Shown: positions 38,860 through 51,581 of the stretch, piece after piece
How positions within the stretch are numbered: the first letter of the stretch is position 1
Layout of the letters: every line of letters starts with the position of its first letter
Assembly (NCBI GenBank): GCA_965224245.1
Contig: OZ245046.1
Location: forward strand, 2,336,001 to 2,400,000
Origin: Candidatus Eiseniibacteriota bacterium
Lineage (GTDB): Bacteria > Eisenbacteria > RBG-16-71-46 > CAZAMP01
Length of the DNA stretch: 64,000 bases
Reading direction: 5' to 3'
Translations under genes and position numbers: made by a program
The notes under the pieces: model-generated
Told to the model about the DNA's origin: nothing
The model's database searches: none
The model's input: only the letters and a program-made list of their open reading frames with translations

Positions 38860-40150
38860 GTCGGATGTCGACGTCGCGGTAGTAGTAGCGGAGGATCTCG
38901 TCGTACGACCGGCCGCGCTCGCTCATCGCGATCGCGCCCATCTGGCACATTCCCACGCCGTGGCCGTAGCCGTGCCCGTCGGCCGTGATGGTGCGGACGC
39001 GGCCGTCCCGGCGATCCACGTTCAGGTCGAAGAGCGTGCTGAGCAACGCGCGGTGCCGGGGCCCCGGCTGGCGAATCGTCCACCGGATCGAATCGCGCTC
39101 GATCCGGTAGCGCCCCGTCGTCGTCTCGACCTCGAGAGAGACCACGCGGCCGGATGGACCGCGCTCGCGAACCCGGACGTTCGTGAGCGTCCCGAACGGG
39201 GATCCGTCGTGGGGGTGAAAGCGCGGGTAGTACGTGCGAAGGACGCTCATGAACTCCTCGGCGGTCCAGCGGACCTTCCAGTGGTAGTACTTCGACGCCT
39301 CGCACCAGTCGTGGCCGCTTCCGCGATCGCGTCGCGACCGCAGATGCTCCTGACCGTCACCGCCCCACACCTCGATCGGCGAGGCGGTGTGTCCCCCACA
39401 CGTGGACGAGTAGAGCGCGTCGGCCGGGACGTCGTCGTGTAGCAGCACCTGGCCGGCGGTCTCGACGCATGCCCGGCGAACCGCCGGGGACTCACCGTGG
39501 AGGCCCGTGTAGACCTGGTCGCCGGTCGTGCTGGCCACGTCGAAGTCGTCGTCGCGCGGGCGCGAGATCCGACGGTACGCGTACGTGCGTGCGGCCACGG
39601 CCTGGGCCTTGAGCGCTTCGGTGCGTTTGCCGCCGTCGCGTCCGAGCTCGTTGCCGACCACGCCGGCCACGTAGTCCTCCAGACGCAGGCGGTTGACCAC
39701 GGTCAGGCCCTCGGAGTCCGCCGACAGGACGAGATAGCCCCGGTACAGGCGATCGTCGAGCTGTATCGTGGCCCCCGGCGTCGCCGGGTACAGAAGGAGC
39801 CGATCGGACGCCTGGCCGCGGTCGACGCCCGCGCCGTCGACGATCCGCACGAAGGTGTCCCCGGTGTGCTGAAACCCCCAGAGGACGTTCGGGGCGATCT
39901 CGAGCGGGGCGCGATCCTGCCCGTCGAAGCCGATGCGCCACGCGTGACGCGAGCCCACCGAGACCCGATCGACACCGGTGGCGATGGCGACCCGCACCAC
40001 CGGGCCGTCGGTGGCGGGGCGCACCGTTCTCGTCGGAGCCGTGCAGGACGACGTCGAGAGGATGCCCAGGATCAGCGCCGCCGCGGCGCGGCGCGAGGTG
40101 ACGCTGTACGACACGCATGCTCCCGGGTGCATGACACGCCCGGGGCGCAT
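38849..40150 (-). CDS. SpoIID/LytB domain lytic transglycosylase (probable lipoprotein)
   Basis: 'VNRLRLEDYVAGVVGNE', 'EALKAQAVAARTYA', 'QVYTG', 'YSSTCGG', 'GHGYGHGVGMCQMGA', 'IL.YYY'. Confidence 0.9.
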   Translation of the reverse strand: MRPGRVMHPGACVSYSVTSRRAAAALILGILSTSSCTAPTRTVRPATDGPVVRVAIATGVDRVSVGSRHAWRIGFDGQDRAPLEIAPNVLWGFQHTGDTFVRIVDGAGVDRGQASDRLLLYPATPGATIQLDDRLYRGYLVLSADSEGLTVVNRLRLEDYVAGVVGNELGRDGGKRTEALKAQAVAARTYAYRRISRPRDDDFDVASTTGDQVYTGLHGESPAVRRACVETAGQVLLHDDVPADALYSSTCGGHTASPIEVWGGDGQEHLRSRRDRGSGHDWCEASKYYHWKVRWTAEEFMSVLRTYYPRFHPHDGSPFGTLTNVRVRERGPSGRVVSLEVETTTGRYRIERDSIRWTIRQPGPRHRALLSTLFDLNVDRRDGRVRTITADGHGYGHGVGMCQMGAIAMSERGRSYDEILRYYYRDVDIRRVY

Positions 40151-40159
40151 GCGCCCCGA

Positions 40160-41356
40160 TCACGTGTCGTTCGCTCGCTCCCGGCGACCGCTCGGCACCA
40201 CGGCGCCCAGAACCACCGGATGATGCGCTCCGGTCGCCGCCGGCAGGTTCGCCGGCCGACCTTCCAGAGTTTCGTTACCCAGGATCGCGAACGCAATGGC
40301 TTCTTTCGCGTCGGGGTGTAGACCGTATTCCCGCGAGGTGACGACCGCCGACGACTTGAACGTGGCCTGGAGCGCCCCCATCACCGCGGCGTTGTGCACC
40401 CCGCCGCCCGACACGATCACCTCGTCGGGATGCCGGAATCGCGGCGCGACGAGTGTCTCCAGCGCGTTCCCGATCGACTGCCCGACCAGCATCGCGGCCG
40501 AGGCGAGGATGTCGTTCGCGCCCAGACCGAGCTTGCGCCCCGCCGAGAGCACCGACGAGGTGAACCGGTGTCCGAACAGCTCGCGCCCGGTCGACTTCGG
40601 CGGCCTGGCGGCGTAGAACGGATGGCGCAGCACCTCCTCGACGAACCGGCGGCTGGGGCGACCCGAGGCCGCCGCCGCACCGTCTCGATCGTACGCGGTG
40701 TTCAGGAGCAGCTCGGAGAGCCCGTCGAGGATCATGTTGCACGGCCCCACGTCGAACGCGACCACGTCGTCGAGCCGCGCACCGGCGGGCACGATGGTCA
40801 GGTTGACGATCCCGCCCAGGTTGATCAGCACGCGCGAGCGCGCGTCGTCGCGGAACAGCATGTAGTCGACGTAGGGAATGAGGGGGGCCCCGGTGCCTCC
40901 GGCGGCCACGTCGCGCGCGCGGAAGTTGCAGACGACCGGACACCCGGTGCGCTCGGCGATCACGGCGGCCTCACCGATCTGAAACGTGGAGCGGTGACCG
41001 CCGGCGCCCGCGGGATCGTGGTGCACGGTCTGCCCGTGCGAGGCCACGAAGTCGACGTCGTCGATGGACACCCCGGCGCTGCCTACCACCGCGAGCACCG
41101 CGTCGCCGAACGTCTCCCCGAGCTCGTAGTTGAGCGAGGACAGGTGCCCCGTGTCCGCGCGGCCGGCCTCGAGCACCCGCTCGCGGAGCGCCGGCTCGTA
41201 GGCGATCATCTGGAACGCGACCGTCTCGACGGTCGTCTCGAGGCCCGACCCGCCGAGCCGGACCAGCGCCGCGTCGACGCCGTCGGCCGACGTGCCGCTC
41301 ATCAGTCCGACGGCCAGCCGCTGGGGCTTGGCCAGGATGGAGGGGAGCTCGCGCAT
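40160..41356 (-). CDS. anmK: anhydro-N-acetylmuramic acid kinase
   Basis: 'GLMSGTSADGVDAAL', 'SHGQTV', 'DVAAGGTGAPL', 'NLGGI.N', 'PKSTGRE.F', 'KEAIAFA'. Confidence 0.95.
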   Translation of the reverse strand: MRELPSILAKPQRLAVGLMSGTSADGVDAALVRLGGSGLETTVETVAFQMIAYEPALRERVLEAGRADTGHLSSLNYELGETFGDAVLAVVGSAGVSIDDVDFVASHGQTVHHDPAGAGGHRSTFQIGEAAVIAERTGCPVVCNFRARDVAAGGTGAPLIPYVDYMLFRDDARSRVLINLGGIVNLTIVPAGARLDDVVAFDVGPCNMILDGLSELLLNTAYDRDGAAAASGRPSRRFVEEVLRHPFYAARPPKSTGRELFGHRFTSSVLSAGRKLGLGANDILASAAMLVGQSIGNALETLVAPRFRHPDEVIVSGGGVHNAAVMGALQATFKSSAVVTSREYGLHPDAKEAIAFAILGNETLEGRPANLPAATGAHHPVVLGAVVPSGRRERANDT

Positions 41357-41369
41357 CTCGGTGACCCTT

Positions 41370-42338
41370 TCAGCGGGATCGATCCCGCATCGCAAACGGT
41401 GCTCCGGCGACTCCGAACGTGCCGAGCGCGCCGCGAACCTGCCCGCCGGCCGCCGCGAGCGCCTCGTCGGCGTGCTCGGCGGTGACGCCCGCCAGCACCA
41501 TCACGATCGCTCGCTTGACGTGTCCGGACGCGGCCTCGAGCGCCGCCTCCGCGTCGTCGTAGCCGAGGCCGGTCGCCAGCATCAGGACGCGCTTCGATCG
41601 CTCGGTGAGCTTTCGGCTCGTCGCGCGCAGGTCGACCATCATGTTGCCGTAGACCTTGCCCAGTCGGACCATCGACGCCGTCGTGAGCATGTTGAGAACC
41701 ATCTTCTGCGCCGTGCCCGACTTCATGCGGGTGGACCCCATGATCGGCTCCGGACCCACGTCGGGTGCGATCAGGACGTCCACGGTGAGCTCGACGCGCT
41801 CGGGCGGATTCGTGGTCAGGAACAGCGTCTTCGCCCCGCACTCGCGGGCCCGCCGGACGGCGGCGACCGTGTAGGGCGTACGCCAGGAGGCCGCGATGCC
41901 GGCCACGACGTCGTCGGGCCCGACCGCGAGCGCGTCCATGGCCGCGCGTCCCGCGGCCGGATCGTCCTCGGCTCCCTCGACCGCGCGCACGAGGGCGCGC
42001 TCGCCCCCCGCGATGACGCCCACGATGCGATCGGGATCGGTGCCGAAGGTCGGGGGACACTCGGCGGCGTCGAGGACGCCGAGGCGGCCGCTGGTGCCGG
42101 CACCGACGTACACCAGGCGCCCCTCGCGTCGCAGCGCGGCCACCACCAGATCCACCGCGCGCGCGATCTCTGGCAGACACGCGGCGACCGCGTCGGCCAC
42201 GGACCGATCCTCGGCGTTGATCAGCGACACGACGTCCAGCGCGGACAGCGTGTCGAGATCGACCGAACGCGGGTTGATCGCCTCGGTGGTGAGCCCGGTC
42301 AGCCGGTCGAACAGCTGTCGGCCGCTCTCGTCGTGCAC
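41370..42338 (-). CDS. murQ: N-acetylmuramic acid 6-phosphate etherase
   Basis: 'GAGTSGRLGVLDAAECPPTF', 'AVEGAED', 'GSTRMKSGTAQK', 'GKVYGNMMVD'. Confidence 0.95.
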   Translation of the reverse strand: MHDESGRQLFDRLTGLTTEAINPRSVDLDTLSALDVVSLINAEDRSVADAVAACLPEIARAVDLVVAALRREGRLVYVGAGTSGRLGVLDAAECPPTFGTDPDRIVGVIAGGERALVRAVEGAEDDPAAGRAAMDALAVGPDDVVAGIAASWRTPYTVAAVRRARECGAKTLFLTTNPPERVELTVDVLIAPDVGPEPIMGSTRMKSGTAQKMVLNMLTTASMVRLGKVYGNMMVDLRATSRKLTERSKRVLMLATGLGYDDAEAALEAASGHVKRAIVMVLAGVTAEHADEALAAAGGQVRGALGTFGVAGAPFAMRDRSR

Positions 42339-42530
42339 GTCGGTCTCCTCCGCGCCGCGTGATGCCCCGGTCCCGTGATGCCGCCGTTCTCACGATGGAC
42401 GCACGCCATCGGCGCCGTCAACGCCGAAGTTCGGACCGGCACGGACACGAGAACGCCCCGCCGCGGCGAACCACGACGGGGCGAGCGGATCGAGCGGCCG
42501 CCCGGGGACGGCACCCGTCACCTCAACGCG

Positions 42531-43985
42531 CTAGCCGGCCTTTCGCATCGCGCGAGCGTCGTCGCGCTCGGACTCGAGACCGTGCTTGGCGATCTTGTAG
42601 CGGAGCGCCCCCCGGCCGATCTCCAGGAAGCGCGCGGCCTCCATGACGTTGCCGCGGCAGCGTTCGAGCGCGCTCTCGATCACGCGCTTCTCGATGTTGT
42701 CCAGGTTGGCGCCACCGTCGGGCAGGCGCACGCTGAACTGATCCTCGGAGAAATCGACCAGGTACAGCGGTCGGCGTGCGGACTCGATCGGGAAGTCGTC
42801 CGGACGCAGCTCGCCCCCAGACTTGCTCATGACGGCCCGCTCGACGGCGTCGTACAGCTCGCGGACGTTGCCCGGCCAGTTGTACTCGAGCAAGAGCCGC
42901 TCCGAGTCGGCGTTGAGCGTCATCGCGCTCTTGCCCAGGCGCCGCGTGGAGACGTCCACGAACTTGCGCGCGAGGTCGACGATGTCGGCCCCTCTCTCGC
43001 GAAGCGGCGGCAGGTGCACCTGCACCGATCCGAGACGGTTGTACAGGTCGGTGCGGAAGCAGCGCGTGGCCACCTCGCGCGACAGATCTCGGTGCGACGA
43101 GGCGATCACGCGCACGTTCACCGAGACCTCGGCGTCGCTCATGACCCGGCGGATCGTACCCGAGTCCATGAAGCGCAGGAGCTTCGCCTGGAGCGGAAGC
43201 TCGAGCTCCCCGATGCCCTCGATGTACAGCGTGCCGCCGCTGGACAGCTCGATGAGGCCGATCTTGCGACCGGTGGCGTCGGTGAACGCGCCCGCCTCGT
43301 GACCGAACAGCTCGCTCTCCATCAGCTCGTCCGCGATGGCGGCGCAGTCCACGTGGATGAACGGCGCGCCCCGGCGCGGCGACTGATCGTGGATCGCGCG
43401 CGCGACCAGGCTCTTGCCCGTCCCGGACTCACCCAGGATCAGCACCGGCGTGCTCGGGCTCTTGGCGGCCTGGTCGGCCACCTTCACCGCGGAGCGGAAC
43501 GCCGGGCTGGACCCGATCATCTTCGAGAAGCACTGCTCGGGTCCGTCGGTCGCCGCGGCGGCGCGCACCGGCGCCTCCTGGTTCGTCGCACGGTCCGAGA
43601 AGTGGATCAGGCGGCGCAGCACGTCGAGGTTGATCGGCCGATGCAACAGGTTGCGCACGCCCAGCTGCGGAGGGATCTCCCGCTGTCGCATGGCTTCCTG
43701 ATCGGTGATGATGATCACCTGACATCGAGGACGGTCGTCCTTCACGCGCTGGATCAGCTCGAGCGCGCGGGCCTCGCCGCGGTACTCGAGGATCATCAGG
43801 TCCGGCGCGGCGTCGGCGAGCGCGCGAAAGGCGCTCTCGGGCACCGCACGGACGTCGGTTTCGTGGCCGAATTCGGTCAGCAGCTCCAAGACCCGGTCGC
43901 GGGTCTCGGGATCCTGGAGAACGGCAAGCACTTTCAGGGCCAAAAGAGGTCCCCCTCCTTTCGAGACGCGGAGGACAGCGTGCAA
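42531..43985 (-). CDS. NtrC-like sigma54 activator with degenerate motifs
   Basis: Receiver-like, AAA+ (GESGTGKS, ESELFG) and Fis HTH domains. GAFTDA replaces GAFTGA, Walker B reads 'YIEG', and the receiver has 'MILE'. Start uncertain. Confidence 0.85.
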   Translation of the reverse strand: MHAVLRVSKGGGPLLALKVLAVLQDPETRDRVLELLTEFGHETDVRAVPESAFRALADAAPDLMILEYRGEARALELIQRVKDDRPRCQVIIITDQEAMRQREIPPQLGVRNLLHRPINLDVLRRLIHFSDRATNQEAPVRAAAATDGPEQCFSKMIGSSPAFRSAVKVADQAAKSPSTPVLILGESGTGKSLVARAIHDQSPRRGAPFIHVDCAAIADELMESELFGHEAGAFTDATGRKIGLIELSSGGTLYIEGIGELELPLQAKLLRFMDSGTIRRVMSDAEVSVNVRVIASSHRDLSREVATRCFRTDLYNRLGSVQVHLPPLRERGADIVDLARKFVDVSTRRLGKSAMTLNADSERLLLEYNWPGNVRELYDAVERAVMSKSGGELRPDDFPIESARRPLYLVDFSEDQFSVRLPDGGANLDNIEKRVIESALERCRGNVMEAARFLEIGRGALRYKIAKHGLESERDDARAMRKAG

Positions 43986-44214
43986 GAGGACCGTGAGGCC
44001 GAGCCTCGGATGCTCTCAACGCTAGTATTTCTCGACGAGAAGGGCAGAAACTGTACCGCGAGACGCAATCGAGGGCCCGTCTGACCGAAAACCAAGGGCT
44101 TGCCGCCGCGGATGGCGCGTTTCAACCATCTCCCCTGCCGTCAGTTTCGGCAGCCGACGGTGCGTTCGGGAGCGAAACGTCGGTCGTGGGGGTGGGAGGG
44201 CCGGAAACGAAGAC

Positions 44215-44241
44215 GCGCGCCACCGCTGAGCGGTGGCGCGC
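44215..44241. terminator. GC-rich hairpin downstream of degP
   Basis: cgcgccaccgc-tga-gcggtggcgcg, with a second hairpin at about 44298-44315. No clear U-tract. Confidence 0.4.
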
Positions 44242-44354
44242 GGACCGCGGGCAGGAGTGCCTGGAAGCCTCCGGTGCGGTCTCAGCGGACGGTGGATGGC
44301 TCCGCGAGCGGAGCCTCTCCGGCATCGGCCGGCCGGCGCGGCGCCGGATCCGGG

Positions 44355-45812
44355 CTAGGGCTTCTTGAGCGCCACGAACCGCGTGCGGCCGTCGCGTTCG
44401 ACCAGCAGCAGCACGGTGTCGCCGGAGTCCAGCGAGTCGACGCGCTCGCGATACTCGCTCGCCGACGAGATGGGCTCCCGCCCCATCTGCCGGATGATGT
44501 CGCCGGGCTGGAGCTGCTTGTCCTCGGCGACACTGCCGCGCTCGACCGACTCGATCACGAGCCCACCGTCGCCGAGGGTCGTGTCGAGCTCGCGCGCCAC
44601 GTCGTCGGTGAGCTCCATGACGCTCGCGCCGAACGGGTCGGACCACGCGCCGCGATCGGTGCTCGGGAAATCCTGCTGGGCCAGCTCGCTTCGCTCCATC
44701 AGGGTGACCCAGAACGTGCGCTCGGCCCCGTCGCGCGACACCACGACCTCGACCTCGGTCCCCGGGCGCGTCAGTGCCACCCGGTTGCGCAGGTGGTTCG
44801 TGTCACGGATCGTCTCGCCGTCGAACTTGACGATGACGTCGCCCGACGTGAGACCGGCGGCGCGCGCCGCCCCGTCGTTCGAGACCTCCCGGATGATCGC
44901 GCCCATCGGCCGGTCGAGCCCGATGGACTCGGCCATGTCCTGATCCAGATCCTGGATCATGACGCCGAGCCAGCCGCGGATGACCCGCCCCTCGCTCATC
45001 AGGTCGTTCATGATCGAGCGCGCCATGTTGGCCGGAATGGCGAAACCGATTCCCTGGTAGCCGCCCGATCGCGTCGCGATCGCGGTGTTGATCCCGACGA
45101 CCTCGCCGTCCAGGTTCACCAGGGGCCCGCCGGAGTTGCCGGGGTTGATCGCGCAATCGGTCTGGATGAAGTCCTCGTACTCGGTCACGACGCGTGTGGA
45201 GCGCCCCTTCGCGCTGACGATGCCCGCGGTCACGCTGTGCTCGAGGTGGAACGGACTGCCCACCGCGATGACCCACTCGCCCACGCGGAGCCGGTCGGAG
45301 TCGCCGATGATGGCCGACGGCAGATCCTCGTCCGGCTCGATCTTGATGACGGCCAGATCGCTCGCGGCGTCCGCACCGACCAGCGTGGCCTCGTACACCC
45401 GACCGCTCGAGAGGCGGACCTTCAGCTCGTCGGCCTCGCCCGCGACGTGATTGTTGGTCAGGATGAACCCGTCGGAGCTGACGATCACCCCCGAGCCGAG
45501 TCCGCGCTGCCGGTACGCCTCGTCGGAGCGGTTGCGGAACCGATCGCCGAAGAACTCCTGCAGCCCGGGAAGGTTGTGGAACCCGCTGATGTCGCGCTCG
45601 ACGTCGGTCTCGGTCGTGATGGACACCACGAACGGCTTGACCGTCTCGGAGACGTTCGCGAACGCGTCCGACATCAGATTCAGCACGCGGGCGGCATCCT
45701 CGGGGACCCCGGTGGGAGCCTCCGGACCCGCGGTCGCGACGCCGGCGTTTCCGAAGAGCAACGCGCTCGAGACGGCCGCCGCCACCGCGCGGGTGATCAG
45801 TCGGGAGCTCAT
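44355..45812 (-). CDS. degP: DegP/HtrA (Do family) serine protease with two PDZ domains
   Basis: Signal peptide; 'GLGSGVI', 'TNNHV', 'DLAVIKI', 'IQTDCAINPGNSGGPL'; two PDZ domains. Confidence 0.92.
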   Translation of the reverse strand: MSSRLITRAVAAAVSSALLFGNAGVATAGPEAPTGVPEDAARVLNLMSDAFANVSETVKPFVVSITTETDVERDISGFHNLPGLQEFFGDRFRNRSDEAYRQRGLGSGVIVSSDGFILTNNHVAGEADELKVRLSSGRVYEATLVGADAASDLAVIKIEPDEDLPSAIIGDSDRLRVGEWVIAVGSPFHLEHSVTAGIVSAKGRSTRVVTEYEDFIQTDCAINPGNSGGPLVNLDGEVVGINTAIATRSGGYQGIGFAIPANMARSIMNDLMSEGRVIRGWLGVMIQDLDQDMAESIGLDRPMGAIIREVSNDGAARAAGLTSGDVIVKFDGETIRDTNHLRNRVALTRPGTEVEVVVSRDGAERTFWVTLMERSELAQQDFPSTDRGAWSDPFGASVMELTDDVARELDTTLGDGGLVIESVERGSVAEDKQLQPGDIIRQMGREPISSASEYRERVDSLDSGDTVLLLVERDGRTRFVALKKP

Positions 45813-46807
45813 TCATGTCCTCCTGGTTTCCGCGCGCGCGCGCGGCGTCGAGTGCGGGCTTCGACCCGGATCTCGACGATTTGATCTCCTCGCTTGCCGC
45901 CGAACTCGATGCCCTCGCCCTCCAGACGGATCACCGATCCGTCGGAGGTACCCGGCGGAACGACGAGCCGCTCCTTGCGGCCGCGGAGGGTCCGGACCTG
46001 GATCGTCGACCCGTTTCGAGCCGCATCGCGACTGACCGGGACCCGGCAGTGCACGTCGTGCCCGTGCCGCGTGAAGAACGGGTGCTGGGAAACCTTGGCT
46101 CGGATGAACTGCGGTCTGGATCCGGCAGCGTCTGGCTCTCGAAACCCGGGAAACGGAAGCAAAGTTCCGTCGTCGGTGCCCGATGGAATCTCGAGGTTGA
46201 CGGTGCCGAACGCCGCATGCCAGCCCTCACCGCCGCATCGCTCGCACGGCGCGGCGGTACACCATCCGCGCCCCCCGCACTCCTCGCATGGCTCCTCGCG
46301 CAGGACGCCCCTGCAGACCGGACACGCGTACGCCACCCCGGCGCTGCCGCCGGTTCCCCCGCAGCCGCCGCACGCGATGCGCACCGGCATGCGCAGCCGC
46401 GCACGCCCTCCGAGTGCCGCGATCTCGAACGGCAGCAGAATCTCGACGACCTCCGGATGATCGGATCCGGACGACAGGAACCGCCGGAGCAGCGTCTCGA
46501 CGACGCTCGGCGTGTCGGGCGGCGCATCGTCCTCGGCCGGCCAGTAGTCGTCCTCGTCGAACTCGCTCCACCACGCGGCCTCGCTCCTCAGAGCGTCATA
46601 CGACTCGCGCTGCTCCGCGTTGCTGAGAACGTGATACGCCTCGGTGGCCTCCTGCCGGAGTCGCACCAGCTCGGCGCTGTCGCCGAGAAACTCGAGCTCG
46701 TCCTCGAGCTGAGAGAGGATCTCCCGGTAGGCGCGTTCGATGGTCAGGGAGTCCGCATCCGGGTCGACGCCGAGCACTCGGTAGTAGTCCTTGGCCAGGC
46801 TGGCCAT
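45809..46807 (-). CDS. DnaJ-like protein (J-like domain lacking HPD, zinc finger, C-terminal domain)
   Basis: 'KDYYRVLGV...IERAYR...EAYHVLSN...R..YD'; CGGCGGTG, CPVCRG, CEECGGRG, CERCGGEG; no HPD. Confidence 0.85.
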   Translation of the reverse strand: MASLAKDYYRVLGVDPDADSLTIERAYREILSQLEDELEFLGDSAELVRLRQEATEAYHVLSNAEQRESYDALRSEAAWWSEFDEDDYWPAEDDAPPDTPSVVETLLRRFLSSGSDHPEVVEILLPFEIAALGGRARLRMPVRIACGGCGGTGGSAGVAYACPVCRGVLREEPCEECGGRGWCTAAPCERCGGEGWHAAFGTVNLEIPSGTDDGTLLPFPGFREPDAAGSRPQFIRAKVSQHPFFTRHGHDVHCRVPVSRDAARNGSTIQVRTLRGRKERLVVPPGTSDGSVIRLEGEGIEFGGKRGDQIVEIRVEARTRRRARARKPGGHE

Positions 46808-46932
46808 TCAATCTCCTTCCCGCCCGGATCGGCGAGATCGATGCTCGTACACGCGCGGCGGCGGGGCCGGCACGGGGAACGCGACTCATGGCGCGTTCCC
46901 CGTCGATTGTCGACACCTGCGCCGCGGGCGGG

Positions 46933-48864
<1,932 letters not shown>

Positions 48865-48919
48865 GATCGATTCCTTTCGAGCGGGAGCCGCGCGGGCCTC
48901 CGTTGGTTCGTATCAATCG

Positions 48920-49435
48920 TCAGCCTCGAGGGGAGTCCGTCGGCGGCACGGCATTCCACATCGACGTGGATCGACGAAGTCGCCGGTCCTCCAGGAATGC
49001 ACGCGTGCGCGCGTCCAGACGCGCACCGTCGACGCGATCCGAGAGACGATCCACCACCTGCACCGCCGCGGCGACCGGTACTTCGCTCAGCCGCTCGACG
49101 TGCAGCGCGATCCCCAGGGCCCGGGCCTCCCGGGCATCGGCGTCGGCCTCGCGTCCGGACCCACGCAGGATCTCCGCCTCGCCCACGAGCATCTTTGCGT
49201 ACAGCGCCGCGATCTCCGGGTCCTGGATCAACGTCGTGGCCGACTCGGGATCCAGCGTCGTGATGACGTCTGCATGGGGGCCGAGTAGGCCGCGCGTGGC
49301 CTCTTCGTGCAGCTCCTGCGCCTCGGACAGATTGCCCGACGCGGCCACCGCGAAGAGGGCGAGGAGTGCGACGCCGACCTCGCGCGTGAGCCGGACGATG
49401 TAGTCCTCGTGACGGGGGATGTCTTCTGGCTTCAC
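48920..49435 (-). CDS. hypothetical all-helical protein, first gene of the dnaK operon
   Basis: AGGAG RBS and GTG; 'EDYIVRLTREVG' N-terminus (weak DUF6483-like resemblance). Confidence 0.65.
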   Translation of the reverse strand: MKPEDIPRHEDYIVRLTREVGVALLALFAVAASGNLSEAQELHEEATRGLLGPHADVITTLDPESATTLIQDPEIAALYAKMLVGEAEILRGSGREADADAREARALGIALHVERLSEVPVAAAVQVVDRLSDRVDGARLDARTRAFLEDRRLRRSTSMWNAVPPTDSPRG

Positions 49436-49541
49436 TCGAGTCTCCTATCTGCGATCGAGGGCGCCCGGGCCCGCGCTGGGACCCGACCCTCGTGTGCGAT
49501 CGGCCTTCGGTCCCGGACGGACCGAATCAGCCGAACGTAAC

Positions 49542-49556
49542 GCAAGCGCAGTGCCA
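49542..49556 (-). promoter_or_regulatory. sigma54 (-24/-12) promoter for hyp-dnaK-dnaJ-like-degP
   Basis: TGGCAC-TGCGC-TTGC matches the TGGCAC-N5-TTGC consensus exactly. Confidence 0.8.
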
Positions 49557-49582
49557 AGGTTGCCTCGACCCTGCGAATCGGC

Positions 49583-49691
49583 TAAATCATTATGGATCAA
49601 TCATCTGGATAGTGACTGGCGGCCCGGGTCACGACACCTCGCGCCAGATCGTCTCATCTTGAGACGGTCAGGTCCGCTTCAGAACGAAACA
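49583..49691. promoter_or_regulatory. IHF-like AT tract and upstream activator palindrome
   Basis: AT-rich taaatcattatggatcaatcat; perfect CGTCTCA-tct-TGAGACG at 49650-49666; a degenerate copy at 49675-49691. Confidence 0.6.
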
Positions 49692-49734
49692 GTGTTTGCC
49701 GGAAGGAACCGACCCCGGCTCGCCTCGGCTGACC

Positions 49735-50796
<1,062 letters not shown>

Positions 50797-50848
50797 GGAG
50801 GGTTTCCTTGCACGCGATGGTCCGGCGGGGCCGTTCTGACGCGGGGAA

Positions 50849-50877
50849 ACTATACTGAGGCCCACGACCGGCGGCAA
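50849..50877 (-). promoter_or_regulatory. sigma70 promoter of the activator gene
   Basis: TTGCCG-N17-TATAGT. Confidence 0.55.
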
Positions 50878-50900
50878 CCGCCGGCGCTCGCCCAATTCGC

Positions 50901-51581
50901 CTACTCGGTCGCCTCCGTGCTCTCCGGCGCGGGACGCGGTGCGGCCAAGAGCGGCGTGATGGCGGTCACGAGCGCATTCTTCGGCTGATAGCCCTGGATC
51001 ATCTTGACGACGTAGCCGTCGCGATCGATCAGGAACGCGGTCGGGATGGATCGGATGCCGCCATACGCCTCCTGCACCGCGCCGGTGCCCATCACGACCG
51101 GGTAGTTGATGCCCGCCTTCTCCACGAACCTGGACACGACGTCTCGCCCCGCCCGATCGAGCGACACGCCGAGCACCGTGAAGCCGTCGTCGGCGTACTC
51201 GTTCTGAAGCTCGATGAGGTGCGGGATCGACATCCGACACGGTCCGCACCACGTGGCCCAGAAGTCGAGCAGAACGACGTCGCCGCGGTAGTCGCTCAGA
51301 CGAACCGTACGTCCCTCCAGCTCGGCGAGCGTGAAGTTGGGAGCCGGATTGCCGCGCGGCTTGGCACTCGGCACGGGCGTGCGGACGGTCCGGGGCGTGC
51401 GATCCGCCGAGGCGTCGGAGACGACCGCGTCGCCGCCGGCGTCCGACGTCGTGGGCACGACGCTCGGGGTCGCGTCCGCGGAGATGGCGGCGTCCGCCTG
51501 GCCCGATCCGTCGCATCCCAGCGAGACGCTGATCACGACGAGCGCCATCGCGCGAATCCAGTGGAGATGTGTGGCCTTCAT
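50901..51581 (-). CDS. TlpA-like thiol-disulfide oxidoreductase lipoprotein
   Basis: Lipobox 'SLGC'; 'APNFTL', 'DFWATWCGPCR', 'IPTAFLIDRDG'. Confidence 0.92.
   Translation of the reverse strand: MKATHLHWIRAMALVVISVSLGCDGSGQADAAISADATPSVVPTTSDAGGDAVVSDASADRTPRTVRTPVPSAKPRGNPAPNFTLAELEGRTVRLSDYRGDVVLLDFWATWCGPCRMSIPHLIELQNEYADDGFTVLGVSLDRAGRDVVSRFVEKAGINYPVVMGTGAVQEAYGGIRSIPTAFLIDRDGYVVKMIQGYQPKNALVTAITPLLAAPRPAPESTEATE

Noticed and set aside
44215-44315. REP family formed by the hairpins at 26116, 44215 and 44298
   Set aside because: Stems differ in sequence, only the short loop context is similar, and no RAYT gene is present.
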